Source: Paragordius varius
Lineage: Eukaryota; Animalia; Nematomorpha
Assembly: GCA_964247055.1 (NCBI GenBank)
Contig: OZ176051.1
Location: forward strand, 1-64,000
Reading direction: 5' to 3'
DNA length: 64,000 bases
Shown here: positions 9,847 through 22,600 of the stretch, in pieces
Layout of the letters: every line of letters starts with the position of its first letter
Position numbering within the stretch: the first letter of the stretch is position 1
Notes under the pieces: generated by a model
The model's database searches: none
Seen by the model: only the letters and a program-made list of their open reading frames with translations
Told to the model about the DNA's origin: nothing
Made by a program: the position numbers and the translations under genes

Positions 9847-10606
9847 GACTGACGACACGGATGATTGTTAAAAATGACTGACGACGGATAGGGGAATGCA
9901 GGAAAACCAACTGACGACGGCTAGAAAGTGACGGACAAAAACAGACTGACGACGGATAGAATGATTGCTAAAAAATGACTGACGACGGATAGGAGGAATG
10001 CCGAAAAATGACTGACGACGGATAGGATGATTGTTGAAAAATGACTGACGACGGATAGGGGAAATGCAGAAAACCAACTGACGACGGCTAGAAAATGACG
10101 GACAGAAACAGACTGACGACGGATAGAATAATTGCTGAAAAATGACTGACGACGGATAGGAGGAATGCCGAAAAATGACTGACGACGGATAGGATGATTG
10201 TTGAAAAATGACTGACGACGGATAGGGGGAATGCAAAAAACCAACTGACGACGGCTAGAAAGTGACGGACAAAAACAGACTGACGACGGATAGAATGATT
10301 GCTAAAAAATGACTGACGACGGATAGGAGGAATGCCGAAAAATGACTGACGACGGATAGGATGATTGTTGAAAAATGACTGACGACGGATAGGGGAAATG
10401 CAGAAAACCAACTGACGACGGCTAGAAAATGACGGACAGAAACAGACTGACGACGGATAGAATAATTGCTGAAAAATGACTGACGACGGATAGGAGGAAT
10501 GCCGAAAAATGACTGACGACGGATAGGATGATTGCTAAAAAATGACTGACGACGGATAGGAGGAATGCTGAAAATGACAGACGACGGATAGGAGGAATGC
10601 AGAAAA
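9847..10606. repeat. Inverted copy of the ~33-bp minisatellite with a regular 167-bp (5-unit) and 334-bp higher-order period, about 23 units
   Basis: (G/A)ACTGACGAC core throughout. The marker ctagaaa occurs at 9921, 10088, 10255 and 10422 (167-bp spacing), alternating gaaagtg and gaaaatg types (334-bp super-period). Confidence 0.96.
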
Positions 10607-13600
10607 TAGCCCTTTGGTAGTTCCATCATCACCCCAAATATTTTTGTGATCGGACTTTAAATGTAAATTTTATGAATTTTTTAAATATTTAAAAAATTTA
10701 TTTTATACGATTTTAAAAATAAAAATGGCTACCTAAAATCCAAATTGGATCAGGTGATGTCACCATAATTTTTTTTGGGTAGCCCTATGGTAGTTCCATC
10801 ATAACCCCAAATATTTTTGAGATCGGACTTTAAATGTAAATTTTATGAATTTTTAAAATATTTAAAAAATTTATTTTATACGATTTTAAAAATAAAAATG
10901 GCTACCTAAAATCCAAATTTGATCAGGTGATGTCACCATAATTTTTTTTAGGTATCCCTATGGTAGTTCCATCATCACCCCAAATATTTTGGAGATCGGG
11001 CTATAAATGTAAATTTTATGAATTTTTTAAATATTTAAAAATTTATTTTATACGATTTTAAAAATAAAAATGGCTACCTAAAATCCAAATTTGATCAGGT
11101 GATGTCACCATAATTTTTTTTGGGTAGCCCTATGGTAGTTCCATCATCACCCCAAATATTTTGGAGATCGGGCTATAAATGTAAATTTTATGAATTTTTT
11201 AAATATTTAAAAAATTTATTTTATACGATTTTAAAAATAAAAATGGCTACCTAAAATCCAAATTTGATCAGGTGATGTCACCATAATTTTTTTTGGGTAG
11301 CCCTATGGTAGTTCCATCATAACCCCAAATATTTTTGAGATCGGACTTTAAATGTAAATTTTATGAATTTTTAAAATATTTAAAAAATTTATTTTATACG
11401 ATTTTAAAAATAAAAATGGCTACCTAAAATCCAAATTTGATCAGGTGATGTCACCATAATTTTTTTTAGGTATCCCTATGGTAGTTCCATCATCACCCCA
11501 AATATTTTGGAGATCGGGCTATAAATGTAAATTTTATGAATTTTTTAAATATTTAAAAATTTATTTTATACGATTTTAAAAATAAAAATGGCTACCTAAA
11601 ATCCAAATTTGATCAGGTGATGTCACCATAATTTTTTTTAGGTATCCCTATGGTAGTTCCATCATCACCCCAAATATTTTGGAGATCGGGCTATAAATGT
11701 AAATTTTATGAATTTTTTAAATATTTAAAAAATTTATTTTATACGATTTTAAAAATAAAAATGGCTACCTAAAATCCAAATTTGATCAGGTGATGTCACC
11801 ATAATTTTTTTTGGGTAGCCCTATGGTAGTTCCATCATAACCCCAAATATTTTGGAGATCGGACTTTAAATGTAAATTTTATGAATTTTTAAAATATTTA
11901 AAAAATTTATTTTATACGATTTTAAAAATAAAAATGGCTACCTAAAATCCAAATTTGATCAGGTGATGTCACCATAATTTTTTTTAGGTATCCCTATGGT
12001 AGTTCCATCATCACCCCAAATATTTTGGAGATCGGGCTATAAATGTAAATTTTATGAATTTTTTAAATATTTAAAAATTTATTTTATACGATTTTAAAAA
12101 TAAAAATGGCTACCTAAAATCCAAATTTGATCAGGTGATGTCGCCATAATTTTTTTTGGGTAGCCCTATGGTAGTTCCATCATAACCCCAAATATTTTTG
12201 AGATCGGACTTTAAATGTAAATTTTATGAATTTTTAAAATATTTAAAAAATTTATTTTATACGATTTTAAAAATAAAAATGGCTACCTAAAATCCAAATT
12301 TGATCAGGTGATGTCACCATAATTTTTTTTAGGTATCCCTATGGTAGTTCCATCATCACCCCAAATATTTTGGAGATCGGGCTATAAATGTAAATTTTAT
12401 GAATTTTTTAAATATTTAAAAATTTATTTTATACGATTTTAAAAATAAAAATGGCTACCTAAAATCCAAATTTGATCAGGTGATGTCACCATAATTTTTT
12501 TTGGGTAGCCCTATGGTAGTTCCATCATCACCCCAAATATTTTGGAGATCGGGCTATAAATGTAAATTTTATGAATTTTTTAAATATTTAAAAATTTATT
12601 TTATACGATTTTAAAAATAAAAATGGCTACCTAAAATCCAAATTTGATCAGGTGATGTCACCATGATTTTTTTTGGGTAGCCCTATGGTAGTTCCATCAT
12701 CACCCCAAATATTTTGGAGATCGGGCTATAAATGTAAATTTTATGAATTTTTTAAATATTTAAAAAATTTATTTTATACGATTTTAAAAATAAAAATGGC
12801 TACCTAAAATCCAAATTTGATCAGGTGATGTCACCATAATTTTTTTTGGGTAGCCCTATGGTAGTTCCATCATAACCCCAAATATTTTTGAGATCGGACT
12901 TTAAATGTAAATTTTATGAATTTTTAAAATATTTAAAAAATTTATTTTATACGATTTTAAAAATAAAAATGGCTACCTAAAATCCAAATTTGATCAGGTG
13001 ATGTCACCATAATTTTTTTTAGGTATCCCTATGGTAGTTCCATCATCACCCCAAATATTTTGGAGATCGGGCTATAAATGTAAATTTTATGAATTTTTTA
13101 AATATTTAAAAATTTATTTTATACGATTTTAAAAATAAAAATGGCTACCTAAAATCCAAATTTGATCAGGTGATGTCACCATAATTTTTTTTGGGTAGCC
13201 CTATGGTAGTTCCATCATCACCCCAAATATTTTGGAGATCGGGCTATAAATGTAAATTTTATGAATTTTTTAAATATTTAAAAATTTATTTTATACGATT
13301 TTAAAAATAAAAATGGCTACCTAAAATCCAAATTTGATCAGGTGATGTCGCCATAATTTTTTTTGGGTAGCCCTATGGTAGTTCCATCATAACCCCAAAT
13401 ATTTTTGAGATCGGACTTTAAATGTAAATTTTATGAATTTTTAAAATATTTAAAAAATTTATTTTATACGATTTTAAAAATAAAAATGGCTACCTAAAAT
13501 CCAAATTTGATCAGGTGATGTCACCATAATTTTTTTTAGGTATCCCTATGGTAGTTCCATCATCACCCCAAATATTTTGGAGATCGGGCTATAAATGTAA

Positions 13601-16600
13601 ATTTTATGAATTTTTTAAATATTTAAAAATTTATTTTATACGATTTTAAAAATAAAAATGGCTACCTAAAATCCAAATTTGATCAGGTGATGTCACCATA
13701 ATTTTTTTTGGGTAGCCCTATGGTAGTTTCATCATCACCCCAAATATTTTGGAGATCGGGCTATAAATGTAAATTTTATGAATTTTTTAAATATTTAAAA
13801 AATTTATTTTATACGATTTTAAAAATAAAAATGGCTACCTAAAATCCAAATTGGATCAGGTGATGTCACCATAATTTTTTTTGGGTAGCCCTATGGTAGT
13901 TCCATCATAACCCCAAATATTTTTGAGATCGGGCTATAAATGTAAATTTTATGAATTTTTTAAATATTTAAAAATTTATTTTATACGATTTTAAAAATAA
14001 AAATGGCTACCTAAAATCCAAATTTGATCAGGTGATGTCACCATAATTTTTTTTGGGTAGCCCTATGGTAGTTCCATCATCACCCCAAATATTTTGGAGA
14101 TCGGGCTATAAATGTAAATTTTATGAATTTTTTAAATATTTAAAAAATTTATTTTATACGATTTTAAAAATAAAAATGGCTACCTAAAATCCAAATTTGA
14201 TCAGGTGATGTCACCATAATTTTTTTTGGGTAGCCCTATGGTAGTTCCATCATAACCCCAAATATTTTTGAGATCGGACTTTAAATGTAAATTTTATGAA
14301 TTTTTAAAATATTTAAAAAATTTATTTTATACGATTTTAAAAATAAAAATGGCTACCTAAAATCCAAATTTGATCAGGTGATGTCACCATAATTTTTTTT
14401 GGGTAGCCCTATGGTAGTTCCATCATAACCCCAAATATTTTTGAGATCGGACTTTAAATGTAAATTTTATGAATTTTTAAAATATTTAAAAAATTTATTT
14501 TATACGATTTTAAAAATAAAAATGGCTACCTAAAATCCAAATTTGATCAGGTGATGTCACCATAATTTTTTTTAGGTATCCCTATGGTAGTTCCATCATC
14601 ACCCCAAATATTTTGGAGATCGGGCTATAAATGTAAATTTTATGAATTTTTTAAATATTTAAAAATTTATTTTATACGATTTTAAAAATAAAAATGGCTA
14701 CCTAAAATCCAAATTTGATCAGGTGATGTCGCCATAATTTTTTTTGGGTAGCCCTATGGTAGTTCCATCATAACCCCAAATATTTTTGAGATCGGACTTT
14801 AAATGTAAATTTTATGAATTTTTAAAATATTTAAAAAATTTATTTTATACGATTTTAAAAATAAAAATGGCTACCTAAAATCCAAATTTGATCAGGTGAT
14901 GTCACCATAATTTTTTTTAGGTATCCCTATGGTAGTTCCATCATCACCCCAAATATTTTGGAGATCGGGCTATAAATGTAAATTTTATGAATTTTTTAAA
15001 TATTTAAAAATTTATTTTATACGATTTTAAAAATAAAAATGGCTACCTAAAATCCAAATTTGATCAGGTGATGTCACCATAATTTTTTTTAGGTATCCCT
15101 ATGGTAGTTCCATCATCACCCCTTTTGGAGATCGGGCTATAAATGTAAATTTTATGAATTTTTTAAATATTTAAAAATTTATTTTATACGATTTTAAAAA
15201 TAAAAATGGCTACCTAAAATCCAAATTTGATCAGGTGATGTCACCATAATTTTTTTTGGGTAGCCCTATGGTAGTTCCATCATCACCCCAAATATTTTGG
15301 AGATCGGGCTATAAATGTAAATTTTATGAATTTTTTAAATATTTAAAAAATTTATTTTATACGATTTTAAAAATAAAAATGGCTACCTAAAATCCAAATT
15401 TGATCAGGTGATGTCGCCATAATTTTTTTTGGGTAGCCCTATGGTAGTTCCATCATAACCCCAAATATTTTTGAGATCGGACTTTAAATGTAAATTTTAT
15501 GAATTTTTAAAATATTTAAAAAATTTATTTTATACGATTTTAAAAATAAAAATGGCTACCTAAAATCCAAATTTGATCAGGTGATGTCACCATAATTTTT
15601 TTTTGGGTAGCCCTATGGTAGTTCCATCATCACCCCAAATATTTTGGAGATCGGGCTATAAATGTAAATTTTATGAATTTTTTAAATATTTAAAAAATTT
15701 ATTTTATACGATTTTAAAACTAAAAATGGCTACCTAAAATCCAAATTTGATCTGGTGATGTCACCATAATTTTTTTTGGGTAGCCCTATGGTAGTTCCAT
15801 TATCACCCCAAATATTTTGGAGATCGGGCTATAAATGTAAATTTTATGAATTATTTAAATATTTAAAAAATTTATTTTATACGATTTTAAAAATAAAAAT
15901 GGCTACCTAAAATCCAAATTTGATCAGGTGATGTCACCATAATTTTTTTTGGGTAGCCCTATGGTAGTTCCATCATCACCCCAAATATTTTGGAGATCGG
16001 GCTATAAATGTAAATTTTATGAATTTTTAAAATATTTAAAAAATTTATTTTATACGATTTTAAAAATAAAAATGGCTACCTAAAATCCAAATTTGATCAG
16101 GTGATGTCACCATAATTTTTTTTGGGTAGCCCTATGGTAGTTCCATCATCACCCCAAATATTTTGGAGATCGGGCTATAAATGTAAATTTTATGAATTTT
16201 TTAAATATTTAAAAAATTTATTTTATACGATTTTAAAAATAAAAATGGCTACCTAAAATCCAAATTTGATCAGGTGATGTCACCATAATTTTTTTTGGGT
16301 AGCCCTATGGTAGTTCCATCATCACCCCAAATATTTTGGAGATCGGACTTTAAATGTAAATTTTATGAATTTTTTAAATATTTAAAAAATTTATTTTATA
16401 CGATTTTAAAAATAAAAATGGCTACCTAAAATCCAAATTGGATCAGGTGATGTCACCATAATTTTTTTTGGGTAGCTCTATGGTAGTTCCATCATAACCC
16501 CAAATATTTTTGAGATCGGACTTTAAATGTAAATTTTATGAATTTTTAAAATATTTAAAAAATTTATTTTATACGATTTTAAAAATAAAAATGGCTACCT

Positions 16601-19600
16601 AAAATCCAAATTTGATCAGGTGATGTCACCATAATTTTTTTTGGGTAGCCCTATGGTAGTTCCATCATCACCCCAAATATTTTGGAGATCGGGCTATAAA
16701 TGTAAATTTTATGAATTTTTTAAATATTTAAAAAATTTATTTTATACGATTTTAAATATAAAAATGGCTACCTAAAATCCAAATTTGATCTGGTGATGTC
16801 ACCATAATTTTTTTTGGGTAGCCCTATGGTAGTTCCATTATCACCCCAAATATTTTGGAGATCGGGCTATAAATGTAAATTTTATGAATTATTTAAATAT
16901 TTAAAAAATTTATTTTATACGATTTTAAAAATAAAAATGGCTACCTAAAATCCAAATTTGATCAGGTGATGTCACCATAATTTTTTTTGGGTAGCCCTAT
17001 GGTAGTTCCATCATCACCCCAAATATTTTGGAGATCGGGCTATAAATGTAAATTTTATGAATTTTTTAAATATTTAAAAAATTTATTTTATACGATTTTA
17101 AATATAAAAATGGCTACCTAAAATCCAAATTTGATCTGGTGATGTCACCATAATTTTTTTTGGGTAGCCCTATGGTAGTTCCATCATCACCCCAAATATT
17201 TTGGAGATCGGGCTATAAATGTAAATTTTATGAATTTTTTAAGTATTTAAAAAATTTATTTTATATGATTTTAAATATAAAAATGGCTACCTAAAATCCA
17301 AATTTGATCAGGTGATGTCACCATAATTTTTTTTGGGTAGCCCTATGGTAGTTCCATCATCACCCCAAATATTTTGGAGATCGGGCTATAAATGTAAATT
17401 TCATAAATTTTTTAAATATTTAAAAAATTTATTTTATACGATTTTAAAAATAAAAATGGCTACCTAAAATCCAAATTTGATCAGGTGATGTCACCATAAT
17501 TTTTTTTGGGTAGCCCTATGGTAGTTCCATCATCACCCCAAATATTTTGGAGATCGGGCTATAAATGTAAATTTTATGAATTTTTTAAATATTTAAAAAA
17601 TTTATTTTATACGATTTTAAAAATAAAAATGGCTACCTAAAATCCAAATTTGATCAGGTGATGTCACCATAATTTTTTTTGGGTAGCCCTATGGTAGTTC
17701 CATCATCACCCCAAATATTTTGGAGATCGGGCTATAAATGTAAATTTTATGAATTTTTTAAGTATTTAAAAAATTTATTTTATATGATTTTAAATATAAA
17801 AATGGCTACCTAAAATCCAAATTTGATCAGGTGATGTCACCATAATTTTTTTTGGGTAGCCCTATGGTAGTTCCATCATCACCACAAATATTTTGGAGAT
17901 CGGGCTATAAATGTAAATTTTATGAATTTTTTAAATATTTAAAAAATTTATTTTATACGATTTTAAATATAAAAATGGCTACCTAAAATCCAAATTTGAT
18001 CAGGTGATGTCACCATAATTTTTTTTGGGTAGCCCTATGGTAGTTTCATCATCACCCCAAATATTTTGGAGATCGGGCTATAAATGTAAATTTTATGAAT
18101 TTTTAAAATATTTAAAAAATTTATTTTATACGATTTTAAAAATAAAAATGGCTACCTTAAAACCAAATTTGATCAGGTGATGTCACCATAATTTTTTTTG
18201 GGTAGCCCTATGGTGGTTCCATCATCACCCCAAATATTTTGGAGATCGGGCTATAAATGTAAATTTTATGAATTTTTTAAATATTAAAAAATTTATTTTA
18301 TACGATTTTAAAAATAAAAATGGCTACCTAAAATCCAAATTTGATCAGGTGATGTCACCATAATTTTTTTGGGTAGCCCTATGGTAGTTCCATCATCACC
18401 CCATATATTTTGGAGATCGGTTTATAAATGTAAATATTATGAATTTTTTAAATATTTAAAAAATTTATTTTATACGATTTTAAATATAAAAATGGCTACC
18501 TATAATCCAAATTTGATCAGGTGATGTCGCCATAATTTTTTTTGGGTAGCCCTATGGTAGTTCCATCATCACCCCAAATATTTTTGAGATCGGACTATAA
18601 ATGTAATTTATATGAATTTTTTAAATATTTAAAAAATTTATTTTATACGATTTTAAAAATAAAAATGGCTACCTAAAATCCAAATTTGATCAGGTGATGT
18701 CACCATAATTTTTTTTGGGTAGCCCTATGGTAGTTCCATCATCACCCCAAATATTTTGGAGATCGGGCTATAAATGTAAATTTTATGAATTTTTTAAATA
18801 TTTAAAAAATTTATTTTATATGATTTTAAATATAAAAATGGCTACCTAAAATCCAAATTTGATCAGGTGATGTCACCATAATTTTTTTTGGGTAGCCCTA
18901 TGGTAGTTCCATCATCACCCCAAATATTTTGGAGATCGGGCAATAAATGTAAATTTTATGAATTTTTTAAATATTTAAAAAATTTATTTTATACGATTTT
19001 AAAAATAAAAATGGCTACCTAAAATCCAAATTTGATCAGGTGATGTCACCATAAATTTTTTTGGGTAGCCCTATGGTAGTTCCATCATCACCCCAAATAT
19101 TTTTGTGATCGGACTTTAAATGTAAATTTTATGAATTTTTTAAATATTTAAAAAATTTATTTTATACGATTTTAAAAATAAAAATGGCTACCTAAAATCC
19201 AAATTTGATCAGGTGATGTCACCATAATTTTTTTTGGGTAGCCCTATGGTAGTTCCATCATAACCCCAAATATTTTTGAGATCGGACTTTAAATGTAAAT
19301 TTTATGAATTTTTAAAATAATTTATTTTATACGATTTTAAAAATAAAAATGGCTACCTAAAATCCAAATTTGATCAGGTGATGTCGCCATAATTTTTTTT
19401 GGGTAACCTTATGGTAGTTCCATCATAACTTCAAATATTTTTGAGATCGGACTTTAAATGTAAATTTTATGAATTTTTTAAATATTTAAAAAATTTATTT
19501 TATACGATTTTAAATATAAAAATGGCTACCTAAAATCCAAATTTGATCAGGTGATGTCGCCATAATTTTTTTTGGGTAGCCCTATGGTAGTTCCATCATC

Positions 19601-22600
19601 ACCTCAAATATTTTGGAGATCGGGCTATAAATGTAAATTTTATGAATTTTTTAAATATTTAAAAAATTTATTTTATATGATTTTAAATATAAAAATGGCT
19701 ACCTAAAATCCAAATTTGATCAGGTGATGTCACCATAATTTTTTTTGGGTAGCCCTATGGTAGTTCCATCATCACCCCAAATATTTTGGAGATCGGGCTA
19801 TAAATGTAAATTTTATGAATTTTTTAAATATTTAAAAAATATATTTTCTACGATTTTAAAAATAAAAATGGCTACCTAAAATCCAAATTTGATCAGGTGA
19901 TGTCACCATAATTTTTTTTGGGTAGCCCTATGGTAGTTCCATCATCACCCCAAATATTTTTGTGATCGGACTTTAAATGTAAATTTTATGAATTTTTTAA
20001 ATATTTAAAAAATTTATTTTATACGACTTTAAAAATAAAAATGGCTACCTAAATAAAAATGGCTACCTAAAATCCAAATTTGATCAAGTGATGTCACCAT
20101 AATTTTTTTTGGGTAGCCCTATGGTAGTTCCATCATCACCCCAAATATTTTTGAGATCGGACTTTAAATGTAAATTTTATGAATTTTTAAAATATTTAAA
20201 AAATTTATTTTATACGATTTTAAAACTAAAAATGGCTACCTAAAATCCAAATTTGATCAGGTGATGTCACCATAATGTTTTTTGGGTAGCCCTATGGTAG
20301 TTCCATTATCACCCCAAATATTTTGGAGATCGGGCTATAAATGTAAATTTTATGAATTATTTAAATATTTAAAAAATTTATTTTATACGATTTTAAAAAT
20401 AAAAATGGCTACCTAAAATCCAAATTTGATCAGGTGATGTCACCATAATTTTATTTGGGTAGCCCTATAGTAGTTCCATCATCACCCCAAATATTTTGGA
20501 GATCGGGCTATAAATGTAAATTTTATGAATTTTTAAAATATTTAAAAAATTTATTTTATACGATTTTAAAAATAAAAATGGCTACCTAAAATCCAAATTT
20601 GATCAGGTGATGTCACCATAATTTTTTTTAGGTATCCCTATGGTAGTTCCATCATCACCCCAAATATTTTGGAGATCGGGCTATAAATGTAAATTTTATG
20701 AATTTTTTAAATATTTAAAAATTTATTTTATACGATTTTAAAAATAAAAATGGCTACCTAAAATCCAAATTTGATCAGGTGATGTCACCATAATTTTTTT
20801 TGGGTAGCCCTATGGTAGTTCCATCATCACCCCAAATATTTTGGAGATCGGGCTATAAATGTAAATTTTATGAATTTTTTAAATATTTAAAAAATTTATT
20901 TTATACGATTTTAAAAATAAAAATGGCTACCTAAAATCCAAATTTGATCAGGTGATGTCGCCATAATTTTTTTTGGGTAGCCCTATGGTAGTTCCATCAT
21001 AACCCCAAATATTTTTGAGATCGGACTTTAAATGTAAATTTTATGAATTTTTAAAATATTTAAAAAATTTATTTTATACGATTTTAAAAATAAAAATGGC
21101 TACCTAAAATCCAAATTTGATCAGGTGATGTCACCATAATTTTTTTTGGGTAGCCCTATGGTAGTTCCATCATCACCCCAAATATTTTGGAGATCGGGCT
21201 ATAAATGTAAATTTTATGAATTTTTTAAATATTTAAAAAATTTATTTTATACGATTTTAAATATAAAAATGGCTACCTAAAATCCAAATTTGATCTGGTG
21301 ATGTCACCATAATTTTTTTTGGGTAGCCCTATGGTAGTTCCATTATCACCCCAAATATTTTGGAGATCGGGCTATAAATGTAAATTTTATGAATTATTTA
21401 AATATTTAAAAAATTTATTTTATACGATTTTAAAAATAAAAATGGCTACCTAAAATCCAAATTTGATCAGGTGATGTCACCATAATTTTTTTTGGGTAGC
21501 CCTATGGTAGTTCCATCATCACCCCAAATATTTTGGAGATCGGGCTATAAATGTAAATTTTATGAATTTTTTAAATATTTAAAAAATTTATTTTATACGA
21601 TTTTAAAAATAAAAATGGCTACCTAAAATCCAAATTTGATCAGGTGATGTCACCATAATTATTTTTGGGTAGCCCTATGGTAGTTCCATCATCACCCCAA
21701 ATACTTTGGAGATCGGGCTATAAATGTAAATTTTATGAATTTTTTAAGTATTTAAAAAATTTATTTTATATGATTTTAAATATAAAAATGGCTACCTAAA
21801 ATCCAAATTTGATCAGGTGATGTCACCATAATTTTTTTTGGGTAGCCCTATGGTAGTTCCATCATCACCCCAAATATTTTGGAGATCGGGCTATAAATGT
21901 AAATTTCATGAATTTTTTAAATATTTAAAAAATTTATTTTATACGATTTTAAAAATAAAAATGGCTACCTAAAATCCAAATTTGATCAGGTAATGTCACC
22001 ATAATTTTTTTTGGGTAGCCCTATGGTAGTTCCATCATCACCCCAAATATTTTGGAGATCGGGCTATAAATGTAAATTTTATGAATTTTTTAAATATTTA
22101 AAAAATTTATTTTATACGATTTTAAAAATAAAAATGGCTACCTAAAATCCAAATTTGATCAGGTGATGTCACCATAATTTTTTTTGGGTAGCCCTATGGT
22201 AGTTCCATCATCACCCCAAATATTTTGGAGATCGGGCTATAAATGTAAATTTTATGAATTTTTTAAGTATTTAAAAAATTTATTTTATATGATTTTAAAT
22301 ATAAAAATGGCTACCTAAAATCCAAATTTGATCAGGTGATGTCACCATAATTTTTTTGGGTAGCCCTATGGTAGTTCCATCATCACCACAAATATTTTGG
22401 AGATCGGGCTATAAATGTAAATTTTATGAATTTTTTAAATATTTAAAAAATTTATTTTATACGATTTTAAATATAAAAATGGCTACCTAAAATCCAAATT
22501 TGATCAGGTGATGTCACCATAATTTTTTTTGGGTAGCCCTATGGTAGTTTCATCATCACCCCAATATTTTAAAGATCGGGCTATAAATGTAAATTTTATG

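Larger units (their letters stand above)
7467..10606 (-). repeat. Right arm of the long inverted repeat, split into three pieces (7467-7512, 8443-8610, 9458-10606) by two insertions
   Basis: Joining the three pieces and reverse-complementing reproduces the left arm 2873-4197 colinearly, apart from a ~14-bp substituted patch near 4141-4154. Confidence 0.92.

Noticed and set aside
2873-10606. Inverted repeat as a fold-back sequencing chimera
   Set aside because: The arms differ by ~6%, by two insertions and in minisatellite unit order, whereas a chimeric read would give near-identical arms.
9868-10632. Four overlapping minus-strand ORFs
   Set aside because: They are the same minisatellite translations, and their 167-bp offsets merely mirror the repeat period.
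11155-11175. CENP-B box in the satellite (ttggagatcggg; type C ttcgagatcgga)
   Set aside because: The box needs TTCG-N4-A-N2-CGGG. Type A lacks TTCG, and type C has only 4 nt between TTCG and CGG and lacks the third G.
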